From Camelus dromedarius (taxonomy: Eukaryota): a stretch of 64,000 nucleotides of DNA. The position numbers and the translations under genes are program-made. Location: the NCBI RefSeq assembly GCF_036321535.1, contig NC_087436.1:59770001-59834000 (forward strand). Direction: 5' to 3'. Every line of letters starts with the position of its first letter. Within the stretch, counting starts at the first letter, position 1. This document shows, one piece after another, positions 40,801-54,572 of the stretch. Below the pieces are notes generated by a model. It saw only the letters and a list, made by a program, of their open reading frames with translations. It had not been told where the DNA came from and searched no databases.

Positions 40801-42879
40801 AGTCTTATACCTGATAGTCAATTCAGCAGTGAACCATCCACAGGACACCTTTCCAAGTCATCAAGTGTATCCCCCCTTTTTATCATTTGTTCACAACTTT
40901 CTTCTGATCACATCAATGAAATTTTCTCTTGACTCATCCCATCCTGTTAACAAATTTCCTCTCCTGAATGAAGTATAAATTGCATTGACAATTTACAATT
41001 ACTTCATTTTCTTCATAATTCAGAAAATCCAAACCTAATTTGCAGCTGGGAAAGAGTAAGTGGGAACATATGAATTTGGTATAAGAATTACTTTCAACCA
41101 TTACTGTAAAACATTTTCACATCTCTAAAATGGAAACAATATTTTAACATTTGTTCTTACAGTTTTATCTCGAGATTTTCATGACCATTAAATATGTTTA
41201 TACATATAAAGCTCTAGTTTTAGATCAATAACTGCCATTTAGTTACTAACAAATGTTAGCCAACTTTTAAGAGAGAATTTGAAGATTCAGACCACTGTGA
41301 AGTAAAATAAGATCTAATGAGCCCAACCTCATCATCAGCCTCATTCCTAGAAGTCCCCTCTCTTGAGCTTTAACCCTGGCTCTGACATTGTGAAACTGAG
41401 CCCATCTTTCTGGGATAGTACTAGTTTCTTTCATTTCTTTCCACAAATAAAGAGACATCTTTAGAAAGAATGAAAAACATGCATTTAAAATAAGAAAAAA
41501 GTAGAAATTACATTGAGAGTCAATAGGTTATCTGTTACATTTGAATGAGAAATGAACAAAATAAAATACATCATTTAATTTTAAGCTTGATACTGTTGCA
41601 TTTGATATTGCTTTGGTGATAAAGGGCTAAAATAAAATAATTTTGTAATTTATGATTAACAGTGTTAAAATCTGGACACATCTATTAAAGAACTTAGTTT
41701 AGCTAATGTAATGTGTTCAAGAAACTGCACTGTCCTTATAATACTACTCAGCCATGTATCTTCAGCATTTGCAAAGATTAAAGTATCACAAGACCTTGAA
41801 AATAGAAGTAGGCACATATTAAGAAGGACTGACATGTCTAAATGGTCAGGCAAAACTGTAGGATCTTACCAGAGTGTATGTGGTGTGAGTAAAACTGCGT
41901 TAAACCATGCAACTCTACTCAGGTTTTCTTATTTCTCCTTAGCCCAGATATATGTACATTAGCTATCTCCTAAAACAATGTTAGCATCCTCTAGCATGGC
42001 AATAAGACAATATTTCAGATATATATTTGAGCAGAATAATAACATCACATATTTATTTATCTGTCTTGAGGTGCCTCAGAATCTGAAAGCACAGTTGATT
42101 TATTAAAGGGTAATTTTATAAATATTTGCCTGCCCAAAGTAGATAATTCTTTTAAAGTGTTTAAACGTTCCTTAGATGCATCAGTTAAATAGGTTTGTCA
42201 TACATTTCCTTTGTCTCAGTGTATGAGTGTAATAATTAAGATGTTGTGAGTACAGGCTCACAGGAGACATGTAAGTGGCACCATTAAACATTATGCAGCA
42301 TGAAGATTAACAAGGTTATTTACCTGGAAAATGTAGTAGGTCTTTACTCTTTTGAGAGGCTAAAACTTACTCAAATTTTTAAATTCAGTATATGTTTATT
42401 AGGGTACTTATTTTTAATGGAATGACAAGTATATAATATGGTGACAATCATCTAAGTTTCTAGGTAGAAAACCCTTTAAAAGAAAAGAATGAGAAATTAT
42501 TTAGCAAAGGACACAGAAGATATAGGGCTAGGAAAGGCTATTGGGAGTGTGAGCAGACCAGTATGTCTTATGTGATTATCCCTGGCTCCTGGCTCCCTAA
42601 AGAGGTGCACAGATGTCCTTAACACATGACCTGTAGGGAGCCTCCAACAGACTTGAGAACATAGACTAATGTTTGTTTTACCTCTGCTCTTTTATATTTG
42701 GGTTTATATTACCACCTCAGAAAAACATACACTAACAATCTATGCTGTTCTACTTAAAGAAATGTTTGACGCTCAAACTTTTCTTGGTTTCTGAACAAAA
42801 CTCAGCAACAACAAGGCCATCTTAACAAAGATGAGTGAGGTTGGGGTGGTCTGGGGAGCTAGATGAGCGTCAGAGCTCA

Positions 42880-45129
42880 GGTATCCCTAAAAAATACTTC
42901 TGTCCCTTGCCTTCCAGATTCCTAGAGAGATATTTCCTTGCAGCATGAAGTAATCACTTCTCATTGGTGGTGGCATGTCAATTATGAAGTATGTGTTCTC
43001 AACAATTTTACATTAGATGTTAAGAGAAGAATTTTGCAGTGCTCTGTGAAAAATTTACTTAGATCTAAGAGACCTGGGAATAAGTTCTTTCTCTTTTAGT
43101 CATTGTCAGTATCTTGTCTGAATGAGTGAAGCTATTTTGCTACCAGCCCTGGAGAAACGGATTGGTCAAGAAAATTACAGAAGAGTTAACTCTGATATAT
43201 GGCACATGGGAAACTCACTACATCCAGCTGTGTGCATAATTTATCTTATTTAATTGATGCTTTCAGTTCCTTAGTGACAGAAGAATACTAATACCAAATC
43301 TGTTACCAGAAATGAGTTGTCACAAGTAATAGACTCTACAATGTTGAATTGGTGGAAAAGAGGAGATAAAGCAAGGGAAAGAATGATCTACTCCTCTTTA
43401 GAGTTTCATAGTTCATGATGCTTCTTGTGCGGTTTTGAAACGTTTGGCTAAATAGTTGCTCATTTTGCAAACTGATAGGAAATTTTCAGAATGCTGGTAT
43501 TTGGGCTAATTCTTGCAACACTCAGTTAAGTCCTTCAAGAAAGAATTATGGATGGGCTAAAGTTGATGTATTAGAAAGCAGAGAAAGAGTAAAATACAAT
43601 TCTGCTTAACATGTCTGTGGACTATAATGTACATTGACTGCGAGTCCAATAATGTGGAACATCTCGGGGTTTGAAAAGCCACACTTTCTATTCCAAGTTG
43701 TAGGTAATGCACACTGAGACAGTGAGAATGGAGACTGAGCAGAGTACTTGACTAGAACAAAAGAAAAATCCTATAACCCCAGACTTCTAGCAAACACCTC
43801 CAGTTAAACATTATTTACCTAGTAAATAAAATGAAGATGGATAGGACAAGTTATATGTGTGCCTTCCCACATCAGGCTGCTCTTCTGATTTTCCTCATGG
43901 CAGAGGCCATTAAAGAATGAGTGTTGGTTTGAAGGAGAGGATGGATGAGACTCTGAGGTCTATGGCAAAGACTGAACTTTCCAGGCAAAACGGCTTGCTG
44001 AGCCTGCTTTTTGGCTAGGTGACCAGGCCATGGAACTGAATGCAAATGAGTTACAATCCAACATTTTTAAGGAAACTGCATTACCATAGTGACTTGAAGC
44101 CTCCCCAAAAGTGTATTTCTATAGTTAGACCAATTTTCAGCTCACCAAACACACTGAACGGGAAGGGAGTTGTTAAAACTGTGCAGTCCCAGGGTAAGGC
44201 ATTCTTCCCCATGCCCATCCCTCAAATGCCCATGGTAGATATGGACAAGGGAGTTACCACCAATGCCCTCCCCTACCAGAACAAGGAGTAGGCAGATTCA
44301 GAAAACAAGGAATTTGGTCAACTACCAGAACTGAGAGTGTCCACTCTTCATTAGTATTTTCCAGCAATAGCTCTGTATGTTGTCTTCCCCTTTTTTAGAA
44401 GGAGTTTTTAATGATAATAGTCTTTCCTATTCTCCACCATGAGAAGATGCTGGCTTTGGTCAGAAAGTGAAAGACTCTTTCTACTGGACTATAAACCGTT
44501 ACATTCTAACTTGATGGGAAGGTCTACACTTAACACAGAGATCCTAAACTCGAATTTGCTTTAGTAACTCAATGAATCTTCAAATTATCTCATTTTGGAG
44601 AAAATATAAATATACTTCAGACAGGTGTGGGCATTTTTGGAAGAGCCTGTGTATGGGAAGAACGTGTGTTTGTATACTGGGTAGCTGAACATGTGGCCTA
44701 TAGTGGTATCTTTAACTGACACCCTAGTATCTATTACATTCCTAAATGAGTGATAATTATGTTCTGCTTTCTAGCATTCCTTGTAGACATGGGATAATTC
44801 TAATAAATCTACTGGAGTCTCTGGGGGAAAGTTTCCTCAATCTCAAGAATGAAACAGAGTCATAGATTTCTCTTGTCATTAGGATGTTGCTGTGTCTGGA
44901 GGTGTGGTCTAGAAATGCTGCTGCCATCTTGCTACTGGCCTGAAGTTGAGGCTATTACCAGAGACAAGATAGAATGTTGGGAAGTACTGGGCACTGGATG
45001 ACATGGCCAACCACTCATTGTTCTATGCCTGGAGCTGATCCTACCTCAGACCCATTTGTGATATTGTTTGAGCAGGCCTGACCTGAGGTTGTTTTGTGAT
45101 TTGGAGATCAAAATGTTCTACAATATACA
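42880..45129 (+). mobile_element. Old MaLR (MLT1H/J-like) remnant: probable LTR, internal region and LTR
   Basis: An LTR-end-like ctaatac near 43293 is followed by a MaLR-internal-like start (aatctgttaccagaaatgag). An LTR at about 44692-45129 contains gctgctgccatcttg and ends aatataca. Highly diverged. Confidence 0.5.
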
Positions 45130-46679
45130 GGAGATTATCAGTGGATGGAATTGGGTCCAAACTTCAAATACAACCATAACTATTTATCATTTTCTATGAA
45201 AGTAAAAATATTAAAAGCCCAGCCTATTTGTTACTTTCTATATCTCCTTGACTCTAAAATTATAAACCAGGAAATGTACATTTACCAAAAATAATAAAGA
45301 CACATAATTTAAAATATAAAAGGTAAAGAAATAACAGGACTTCAAAAAATTAATTCTAGCTCTAAGACTTTATAAACTTGAACACACACACACTTAAAGA
45401 GTAAGGACAAAAATAACAGATAGGATGTGTGATGTTTTAAGTGGGTATAACATGCAGGCATTATGTTAGTTATATCATTTGATCTTCAAAAGAGAGATAT
45501 ATTTATAACCTGATTTTGGAAACAAGGAAATTGATGCTCAGTGAAGTTAGAGGAAACATGTTTCAAATCTTCCTTCCTAGACACAACACATTTTCTTGAA
45601 GAAAATGATTACATCCCTAAATAAAGTGAAACAACATAGACATAGTTCTTTGTTACACAAAATTGTAACTATGATCACTAGTTTTCTAATTCTGACAGTT
45701 ATAAGACTCTATTTTGAATTTTAGAAGATTACATGAAGCGGTTCATTCAAAACATAATCACTGAATCAATGAAACTCAGAGCATTCTCTAGAGTACAAAC
45801 AAGACAAAACATGACAGGTTTGAGGATTTGGGAAAGCATCCTTTGTATAATTGCTATTAACTGCTAAAGGCTTAGAAATATGTTAGAAGAAAGAGTGAGA
45901 GAAGATAGTAATTATTTTGTTCCACTCACCCTTTCAGTCAAAGAAACATGCCTTGCAAGACAATTGCAGATTATTATCAAACATACAATCTCTCATTAAT
46001 TTATTACTTGAGATATTATATTTTTATTAATTTTAGCAAAACCTCAAATTCTCTATTTTAACAAAATGTTACTTTTCTCTGGATTCAAATGGGTATGTTG
46101 TTTTCTTTTTAATAATTTAAACATAAAAGTACAATTAATCATTACAGTAGAAAATATTTTAAGATTCATATATTTGGTCAATTAAAAATTATTGGTTCCA
46201 AAGCAATCTAATTAGAGCTTGTATATTTTAAAACCATTTCCATTGCAAAAATTGTTAATTTCCCCTGCAAGTTTTACCATAATGAGATTATGGTCAGATT
46301 TTTTAAATTACAAATTTAAATGACTCAGACTAGAGAAAGCCAAACCATGTTTTTGCTGTATTAACTGGACTATGATTTATAGTGAAATGTGGAAAACATG
46401 GATTAAGTGAGAGTAATATGATTGCCATTAGGCAATGCAGTCACTTATTGTAATTAGATGTTCAAAAATAACCTGAGAAAGTATAATTTATTGTCAAATT
46501 ATTTTTAAAATATGTATACATTAAATAATTAAAATTAAATTCAGATTTAAAGTTTTTTAGTAATTATTAAAACAGGGTGTGTACAGTAATACCCACATAT
46601 TCATCAAGTTCTGAGAATCGACATATATAAACTGTTACAAATATCCAAGATAAAATGAGCCCTTGGATGTCAATAGACA

Positions 46680-47049
46680 TTACTAGTGCTCACTAATAAC
46701 CACTTCTTCTGCCCCTACCCATTCCCCTTGGTTAAGTGGGGCTCTGGACCTAGTTCTGGCTGTAGGGTTGTGAACTGAAGTAAGTACATCCCTTCTAGGA
46801 TAAAGTTCAGAACAGGCATGAATCCACTACGTATTTCCTTTTGTTGCTATGGTGACCAAGAAGATGCAGCTGTAGGATATATAGTGCCTTCAATAGTATG
46901 GGACCCAGAATGACTTTGTAGAACAAAGCTCTGGCTTATAAAACTGACATGTAGCAAAAGCAAGAAATAAACTTTTGTTATGCTAAACCACTGACATTTT
47001 TAAATGATTTGTTACTGACACATAACCTAGCCTATCCTGACTAGTACAG
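46680..47049 (+). mobile_element. Old MaLR LTR (MLT1I/J-like)
   Basis: The 3' end reads agcaagaaataaacttttgttatgctaaaccactgac...tttgttact..cacataacctagcctatcctgactagtaca. Confidence 0.8.
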
Positions 47050-47327
47050 ATCTCTTGCAGAAAAAATTCTGTATAATGTTAAAAAGAAGAAAAAAAAAGC
47101 CATTCACCAATCCATGTATATACTGTATCTGGTGAGAAGCACCTGTTATCATTCCATACAATAAAGTATTTTTTTCAAGATCTGAAAGGATCTAATTAGG
47201 CTGATGATAAATTTTTAGTCTAATGACTCATTTTTAGCATAGGTACAATTTATGTTGAAATCAATATAAATAAAATTACTAGAATTTAAAATGTAAGGTA
47301 GATTTCTTTCTAAACTCATTCTGGGGA

Positions 47328-47330
<3 letters not shown>

Positions 47331-47364
<34 letters not shown>

Positions 47365-47380
47365 CATACACACACACATA
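47331..47380. repeat. Compound (TA)14/(CA)n microsatellite
   Basis: Read directly: TA x14 at 47331-47358, followed by CA/TA units. Confidence 0.95.
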
Positions 47381-48344
47381 AAATTTGGAAGCACATTAAT
47401 AATCATATATATGCATATACATACATGCAATTTCCAAGATGATTCACCTGTCCTGGGTTTGCCAAATCAGAGTAAGGATGTGATTCTTGCAGACTAACTG
47501 ACATCTATGATGGGACATCAAAGAGATAGGGGAAAGCCTTCCTCACACTGGCGCAACAGCTTTTAGCACCGGTAGTTCAGTGAAATTTAAAAACATAAGA
47601 AATGAATAATTTCTTTTCATTCAGTTTAGTGCCAATAGTAGTGGACAAGTAGAGGATTATTTTTGCTTTCTTAAGGCAATACTGGAAAATTGTAAACATT
47701 CTAACATTTCTTCCCTTTCCTTTATTTCCCAAAGTTGAAATACAAAAAAAATTTCTAAAAATTTACTGTTTTCCTGAATTCTGTAAAGTTTGTGCAATTC
47801 TCACTTCTTAATTCAGTCCACAAATAAACATGTGCTACCATGTGGGATATAAACATACATATTATAATGAATCTGATTATGTGTATTAACACAGAAGTCT
47901 TTAAATATATTAACATCAAAATATATGTTAGCAAAGGCTGAAAAACAAAATGGCCTGACTATAAGCTATATACTAACATTTGAAATCATAGAAATGAGTT
48001 CAACATAATTAAGTTAAAAAAATACCTATGATTTCAAACTAATTTTTGTGAACCCACAAAATAAACTCAGCCATAATTACCTGTAAAGTAAGCATTTTCT
48101 GATTATATGATAATACACTACATTATTTTTCTCACATTTTTAGAGAGCACATATTCCACATATGATTTAAAAAAACATGCATTCTAGTTAGAAATTCTTC
48201 TAAGAAATGTTACCTCTCTCTCTCTTTTTTTTTTCCTTCCTTAAATAAAGCACAGATTGTCTCCAGGTTGAAGTAAGACTTGACTATAAATACTAGTTTA
48301 TATTTGTTGATTTGTTTTGACAACCTCTCTCTCTCTCTGAAAAT

Positions 48345-48545
48345 GCATTTACTGGTCATCACAATCCTATGAGGTAAACATTACTAATAATCACCATTGG
48401 AAAATGAGAAAACCGTGAAAGGAGAAGTTGAAATACTTTTTGGAAGGTTACACACATAGTACATGTCAGAGCTGGGATTTTAACCTGAGCCTGTGGGTTC
48501 CAGAGACTGTGGATCAATCTTTGTTAATCATATGCTACACTTACT
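48345..48545 (-). mobile_element. MIR SINE
   Basis: Reads cacaatcctatgaggta...aatgagaaaac...aaggttacacac...cagagctgggatttta. Confidence 0.7.
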
Positions 48546-49259
48546 AAACCACTCACTGAAAAATAGCCATAATAATGTATGACAACTTTTTTTGTTTATA
48601 TTTGCATCAAAGCAATAGATCTTGGCTTTCACCTTGGGTCAGGGTTCCCTAAGCTTCCTGGGGGTGACTTTTCCACATACACTATAATTTGTGCACAACC
48701 CCCATGTGCTTATAAAAACCACCAACAACTTGCTTATAGAAAATGGGCACACTTCCTTACAGGCTGTAAGGAAAGGAGAGAAGTCTGAAGGAGACATGAT
48801 GAAAGGGCAACATTCAAGATATCAGGAATGTAACCTCAAAGCAACCTCAAGACTGTGGATTCAAAGTGTTAAACTATTTAGTCATCACAAAGATATAGTC
48901 TTAAAGGTCAATTATAATTTTTGTATGGTAATAAAATGATGCCCTCAGGGGTTCCCAAGGTAGCAAAACTGTTTTTCCTACTACAAAAGGCTCCTGACTG
49001 TGTCTTCTTCCTACTCTATCCCCTTCTCCTTTCTTCCTTTTCAGCCCTCTCCATGTACTTTTTATAAGTATTCTCTTCACTCACTGTCAGACTTGAGAGG
49101 TGTCTCTTCATCACACTGAAGTCAGCACTTCAGCCTCTAACAAGAAGCCAGTCCATTATCTAATGGACAATCTGGGGTGGAATTTGAAATCTAGTAACTA
49201 TGTCTGAAGGAGGAGTAAATGATTTCCCTGTGGCCTAGGAAGCTCCAATAAGAGTAGGG

Positions 49260-49887
49260 TAAAATTAAATAAAAATTAAAAACTAAAATAAGAGGCTTAA
49301 TTCTCCATGTTGAAAATAATAGAACAAATTTTCCTCCCCTCCATTTTCTTAGAGCATTTACTTTAGAAAACCTTTAAGTACTTCTCCCTCTCTGAAACGT
49401 ATATAACTTTTTGAAAGCTAGATAGGCATTTTGTCAGCTTTTAGACCCAGGGAGGCCATCAAGGGAGGTAACTCCTCCATCTCCCAGTTCCAGTGGGAGG
49501 GGCTTCAACTTTCTGGGCACCTTGTTCCAAGCTACAAAACTCTCTCCTGCAATAAAGACATGAGAAGGGTGTTTTCACAGATGGTCACCAATTACCAGAG
49601 GTAAATTTAGGATGAACTATGTGGGACAAATGGTGCTGTAAAGATCTCTTTACTTGAGGACTAGTTATTGTTTATGTGGAGAATGTGCATGTGAGGGGTG
49701 GTATCTGCTTGGCTATTTAAAGGGTGAGTTTTCTATCTTTCAAGTCACTGAAGGGGTTGCCTGTGATGACCATCACACTCTGGTTTAATGCTTATTCAGT
49801 CATAAAAGTGTTTTCTTTCTCTGCTATCTTTATGGAGAGGATTTCTGGTGGTGGGAAAGATTTTGTTTTAATTATATTTTCCCAACA
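49260..49887 (+). mobile_element. ERV1-class solo LTR (subfamily not assigned)
   Basis: Ends ...ttcccaaCA, with GTAGGGT directly repeated at 49254-49260 and 49888-49894. It has a TATA-like gctatttaaa and a poly(A)-signal-like cataaaa. Confidence 0.75.
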
Positions 49888-50409
49888 GTAGGGTGCATGT
49901 ACCTCAGCCAGCATGACATTCTGTGCTCTTCACTGTGACTCTCAGGAGTTCATTTATTGTTTGCAAATACGAATAATCCACATCATATTTTAACTAGTTT
50001 AGGTTTAGAGATAAGTGGCAGCTGGATAAATGAGATGTTACTATGCACCATATCACAGGCACAAGTACGCAGGCATATGTAGTTTATACAGCATTCCATA
50101 GAAGTAATGTACTGCAAACAGTTTAATCTTTCAAGGGAGCGAAGTTTAAAATTTTAAATTAAAAAAATATTGATTTTTTTGCTGCATAAACTTTAAAAAT
50201 ATAAAAGCAGCAGGTAGCAATAGTTGAGCCTTCTCTATCTCATAACAGTTGAATATGGACTACCACTTTAGCACTTGGCCCATTACACATAAATACTGAT
50301 GTACCTGACTGTTGCTCCCAGAAATACTGACATCTTCTTGGATAAAGAAGGAGATTGTATGTGTGTAATTAAAGATGGCTGTGCTCTTGATCACTCAATA
50401 AAGTATATC

Positions 50410-50790
50410 GACCACTTTTGGTGCCTGTCTGTGTAACCCCCTTTATTAGGTCCAGCTGCAATGAGTGTTGGCTGCTAAAGGTTCATAGTTGGTTCCTTTG
50501 GAGAATTTCCCTTTGCCTACAGGAAGCTGTTTCACCCAGGAGATTATCAGTCCCCTTCCCCAAAGTCAGTAACTGATACATGCAGACACAAAAGGCCAGC
50601 CCATTTGCCTCAAAATGGGACCAACTATACGATAAAAGTAACGCTGCAAAGCCTCCTTCTGTTTCCCTGGGATCAGGCTGAATCTCGACTCCAGAGGACA
50701 GCACGTTCTTACTGAATGACTTGCTCTGCCATCTCTTACTTCCCTCACCATCTTATCTTGAGAACACACCAACAATAAAATATTAGAAGG
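50410..50790 (+). mobile_element. LTR16-like ERVL LTR
   Basis: Motifs aaaggccagcccatttgcctcaa..tgggaccaact, gggatcaggctgaa and gagaacac.cc..caataaa. Confidence 0.7.
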
Positions 50791-52214
50791 AAATTCCTAA
50801 AAGCATATTTAAGCCATTTCCTTCCAATATTTTCCAGTTGTATATGTGTATTCATAAAAATATACCTTATTAGAATTTACTATATTGTGATTATATTATA
50901 CATTCAGTACCTGTTGTTTTCCACTTAATATTTCCATTGTCTGTCTGCAGTATAAAAACAGTTTTGATAGTTAAACTTCTGGAAATCTCTCCTTCATATA
51001 ATCTCTTCCGCTTTGCATTTCCCTGTGGTCCTTATTATACGGTACCTTACACAATTATGTATGTACATGATTCACCACCTTAGCTGCATTAGTACCCTAA
51101 GGCAGAAACTAAACTGAATAATTTTTACATCCCATAAAATGGTTAACAAAGTACCTTGTACCTATCAGCTTTAAGAAAAATAACCAGGAGTCCAACCAAA
51201 ATATGCTGAGGTGATAGTATTAATTTTATAACTAAAAATAGAAAAAGGCAATCTAAAAGACATTTGCCAAAATCACAATTACCAAATAATTAATATCTGA
51301 TGTCAATATTATTTGAAAGCTTTTCTTTCTATTGAAATTAACTATTTTAATCAAGATGTATTTGAAAACACATTTCACCTCACATCCCCTATAAACGATA
51401 TGATTTTTTAAAAATCCTTGTGAAATCATTCTTTTCCTTTTATCAGGTTCAGCATTTAACACTATAATGCATCTAGAAAATTCTCTTTGTAAAATAATAA
51501 ATTAGAATGACTTCTATGACATATTCAACTCACATAGCATAAAAATGAGCATTTAAGAGGCTTCAAATTGCCAATATAGTTTGAACTACATGGCAGTCCT
51601 AAATGGCAATAGGCTAGCATTTTAGGAGACGGTTCCTTATCTTAAAACCTTTTTGCTCTGCTGCAAATTGAGTTGTACAAGGCTAATTCCCTATGGGAAG
51701 ACGCTTGGAGGCGAGAGCTAGAAAAAAGATGGACAGCTTGCCAATAACAAAAGTGACAGTGTATTTCTTCTGCCTCCCTATAGGTGACAGTAAACATTTA
51801 TTGTGACTACTATACCTAGAAAATCATTTGACCCCTTTGTTTTAAATGACAAATACATTTCTCAAGAGTATTACTTTTAGAAGATCATGGCTCTTTTTAT
51901 TAAAGAAAAAGTAATCCATCAGGCAAGTTTACTCAGATTGGCATCTTTAGCTCTACCAAAATCACTTAAACTGTAACCTATTTTTCCCATCAACTGTGTT
52001 CAAGCATCTTTGCCAGAACACACAAGCAAATGACACACACCTCTGAGGTTAATCTTGTGTTTCTTAGGCAGCACAATTGATTCAAAATGACATACACAAA
52101 ATGATTAAGTTTAGCATAGCTTTCTAGTCTGAAAAACTGTTTGTCTTGCATGTTTTGTAACATTTAAATTTTATATAAGTGGATAAAAATTATAGAAGTG
52201 ACCATTAAACAGTT

Positions 52215-52435
52215 ACAGCTAACAGTTATGAATGCTTATCATGGGCTATGCACTCATTTAATTTTCACAACTACCTTATGAAATCACTATTGTCACTACT
52301 GTCATCGCTTCCACTTTGCAGCTGAAGAAACTGAGGCACAGAGAGATTAAGTAATTTGTTCATGATTACAAAGTCAAGACTGACACCCACATGCCCTGGA
52401 GCCACAGTTTGTGTCCCTAACCATTATGTTGTACT
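52215..52435 (-). mobile_element. MIR SINE
   Basis: Reads ccactttgcagctgaagaaactgaggcacagagagattaagtaatttg. Confidence 0.8.
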
Positions 52436-53256
52436 GACTGTTATGAAACATAACAAATAATGGGGAAAACAAATGGTTTACTTGGATCATCCATGCTCTA
52501 GTCCTCCAAGTCCCTAAAAGGCTCCATATCAACTCTACCACCCCATTGAAGACCATGTGGTTCTCAGCTCCTGGACTTCCTCTGCAGATCATTTGATAAC
52601 TACTGAAAGAAATGTATCCACTTCCTAGGGATTATTATATATAGTTTAAATTTTCTTGGCAAATCTGTAGTCAACTCAATTAACCTGCCTTCAACCCTCC
52701 ATTCTATCATCTTCCTCCAATGCCCCCATCCCCATGATGCAATTTGTATTCTCTTTCTTAATCCATTCCCCTGATTGTTCCCATCTCTTCCAAATTTTCT
52801 GCTGTATCCCCAGAAAGCCTGTTTCATTGTAAATATATACCTCAACATCATAAACTGTTTGTGAGGATGCTCAGCTCAACGTCTGACCGATCTCAAACCT
52901 GACCCTCTCCCAAGCACCCAGATTCCTCTGAGTTCTCTCAGTTGGAGGTACCTCTTTCTTCAGCACTTGATAGGGCACTTCAGTGAGGCTTCCCGAAGAT
53001 CACTCCTCCATACTCCACAGCATTCCTTCTAATATGTGAGGTTCATGCCACCCTCTACCCAGCCTTGTGTCTATTAACTGCCAACCTCCAGATAACTGCT
53101 CTTTATTTACCGGAGGTTTTTGCATTTGACTTCAGTTTTTCTCTCCACTATAACCCTGTCATTATGCAGCTCACTTCAATATCCAAATATATGATCCAAA
53201 CAACTACTAAGCCACTAAGCTCCTTGACTTCTTCAACCACAATGAAATTTCCCCAC

Positions 53257-54380
53257 CATGGCAGGCAGAATGTTGGCCCCACGATCTATGCCCCAGGTGT
53301 CAAGCCTGAATATGTTGTGTCATCTGGCAAAAGAGACTTTGCCAATGTAGTTAAAAATTACTACAGCCGTACCTCTGCAGTATTGCAGTTTGACTACAGC
53401 GTATATTGCAAATACAGCAAATGTTGCAATAAAGCAAGTCATACAGATTTTTTTTGGTTTCCCAGTCCATATAAAAGTTATGTTTACTCTACACTGTAGT
53501 CTATTAAGTGTGCAATAGCATTATGCCTGAAAAAAACACTGTGCACACCTTAATTAAAAAATACTTTATTGCTAAAAATCCTAATTACCATCTGAGCATC
53601 AGTGAGTTGTAGCAGTAACATCAAAGATCACTAATCACAAATCACCATAATGATTGTAGTAATAAAATTTTTTGAATAATTATGAGAATTACTAAAATGT
53701 GACACAGACATCAAGTGAGCAAATGCTGTTAGGAAAATGGTGCTGATAGACTTGCTCAATGCAGGGTTGACACAAATCTTCAATTTGTAAAAAAACACGG
53801 TATCTGTAAAGTGCAATAAAGCAAAATAAAACGAGCCATGCCTGTAATCAATTGATTTTAAGATATAAAGATAATCCTGAAATATGTGGGTAGGCCCAGT
53901 AATGGCCTCTGAAGAGCAGAGCTTTTTCCAGATGAAGATAGAAAAGGAGATTCAGAGGAGACATTGCAGCAAGGGAAGTCAGAGAGTTACAGAGGTGAGA
54001 AAGACTCCAGGCACTACTGAAGGGAGTAATGTGGCAATCAATGCAGGAGGCCTCACATGTTTGAAAGAGGCTCTCAGGTGACAGCCAGCAAGGAAATGAA
54101 AACTTTAGCCATACAAGCATTAAGAAATGAATTCTGCCACCCTCCTGAATGAGCTTGGAAACCAATTCCCTCCTTCCATCCTCCACATACTTAGAACCCA
54201 CAGATAAGAGCCCAGGTGCTGGCACCTTGATTTTTGCCTGGTGAGACCTGGACCACAGAAACCAGACAAAATCCCCACCCCAGCCATCTGACCTACAAGA
54301 CTGTGAGATAGAAAGTTTGTGTTATTTTAAGCTACTGAGTTCGTGGTAATTTGTAATAGCAGCAACAGGAAACAGATATA
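53257..54380 (+). mobile_element. MaLR LTR (MLT1D/E-like) interrupted by a Tigger1 derivative
   Basis: The 5' part tggcaggcagaat...ggcaaaagagactttgc resumes after 53846 and ends tgtgttattttaagctactgagttcgtggtaatttgtaatagcagcaacaggaaac. Confidence 0.85.
53364..53844 (-). mobile_element. Non-autonomous Tigger1 deletion derivative (Tigger1a-like, TcMar)
   Basis: TIRs are cagccgtacctc and gagccatgcctg, with TA at 53362-53363 and 53845-53846. Tigger1 subterminal sequence is present. Confidence 0.92.
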
Positions 54381-54393
54381 CCACTGCTTTCTA

Positions 54394-54572
54394 TTATTCT
54401 GTTTTTGAGCATTTTTTATAACTTTACATTATTTATTTATTTTTTAAAATTTTTGGAGGGGAGGTAATTAGGTTTTTATTTATTTAATCTTTAATGGAAG
54501 TTCCGGGGATTAAACCCAGGAGCTTGTGCATGCTAGGCCCATGCTCTCCCACTGAGCTATACCCTATCCCAC
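54394..54572 (-). mobile_element. Camelid tRNA-derived SINE (Vic-1-like) with a 15-bp TSD
   Basis: The minus strand reads gggtaTAGCTCAGTGGgagagcatgggcctagcatgcacaagctcctgGGTTTAATCCccggaac (A box and a degenerate B box), then aataaataaaaacctaattacctcccc and an A-rich tail. TACCACTGCTTTCTA occurs at 54379-54393 and 54573-54587. Confidence 0.9.

Noticed and set aside
53065..54225. Cluster of ORFs of 61-144 aa
   Set aside because: They cross the MLT1/Tigger junctions, and the Tigger derivative lacks the transposase.
54495..54570. tRNA gene
   Set aside because: It is a SINE head with a mutated B box, an A-rich tail and a TSD.
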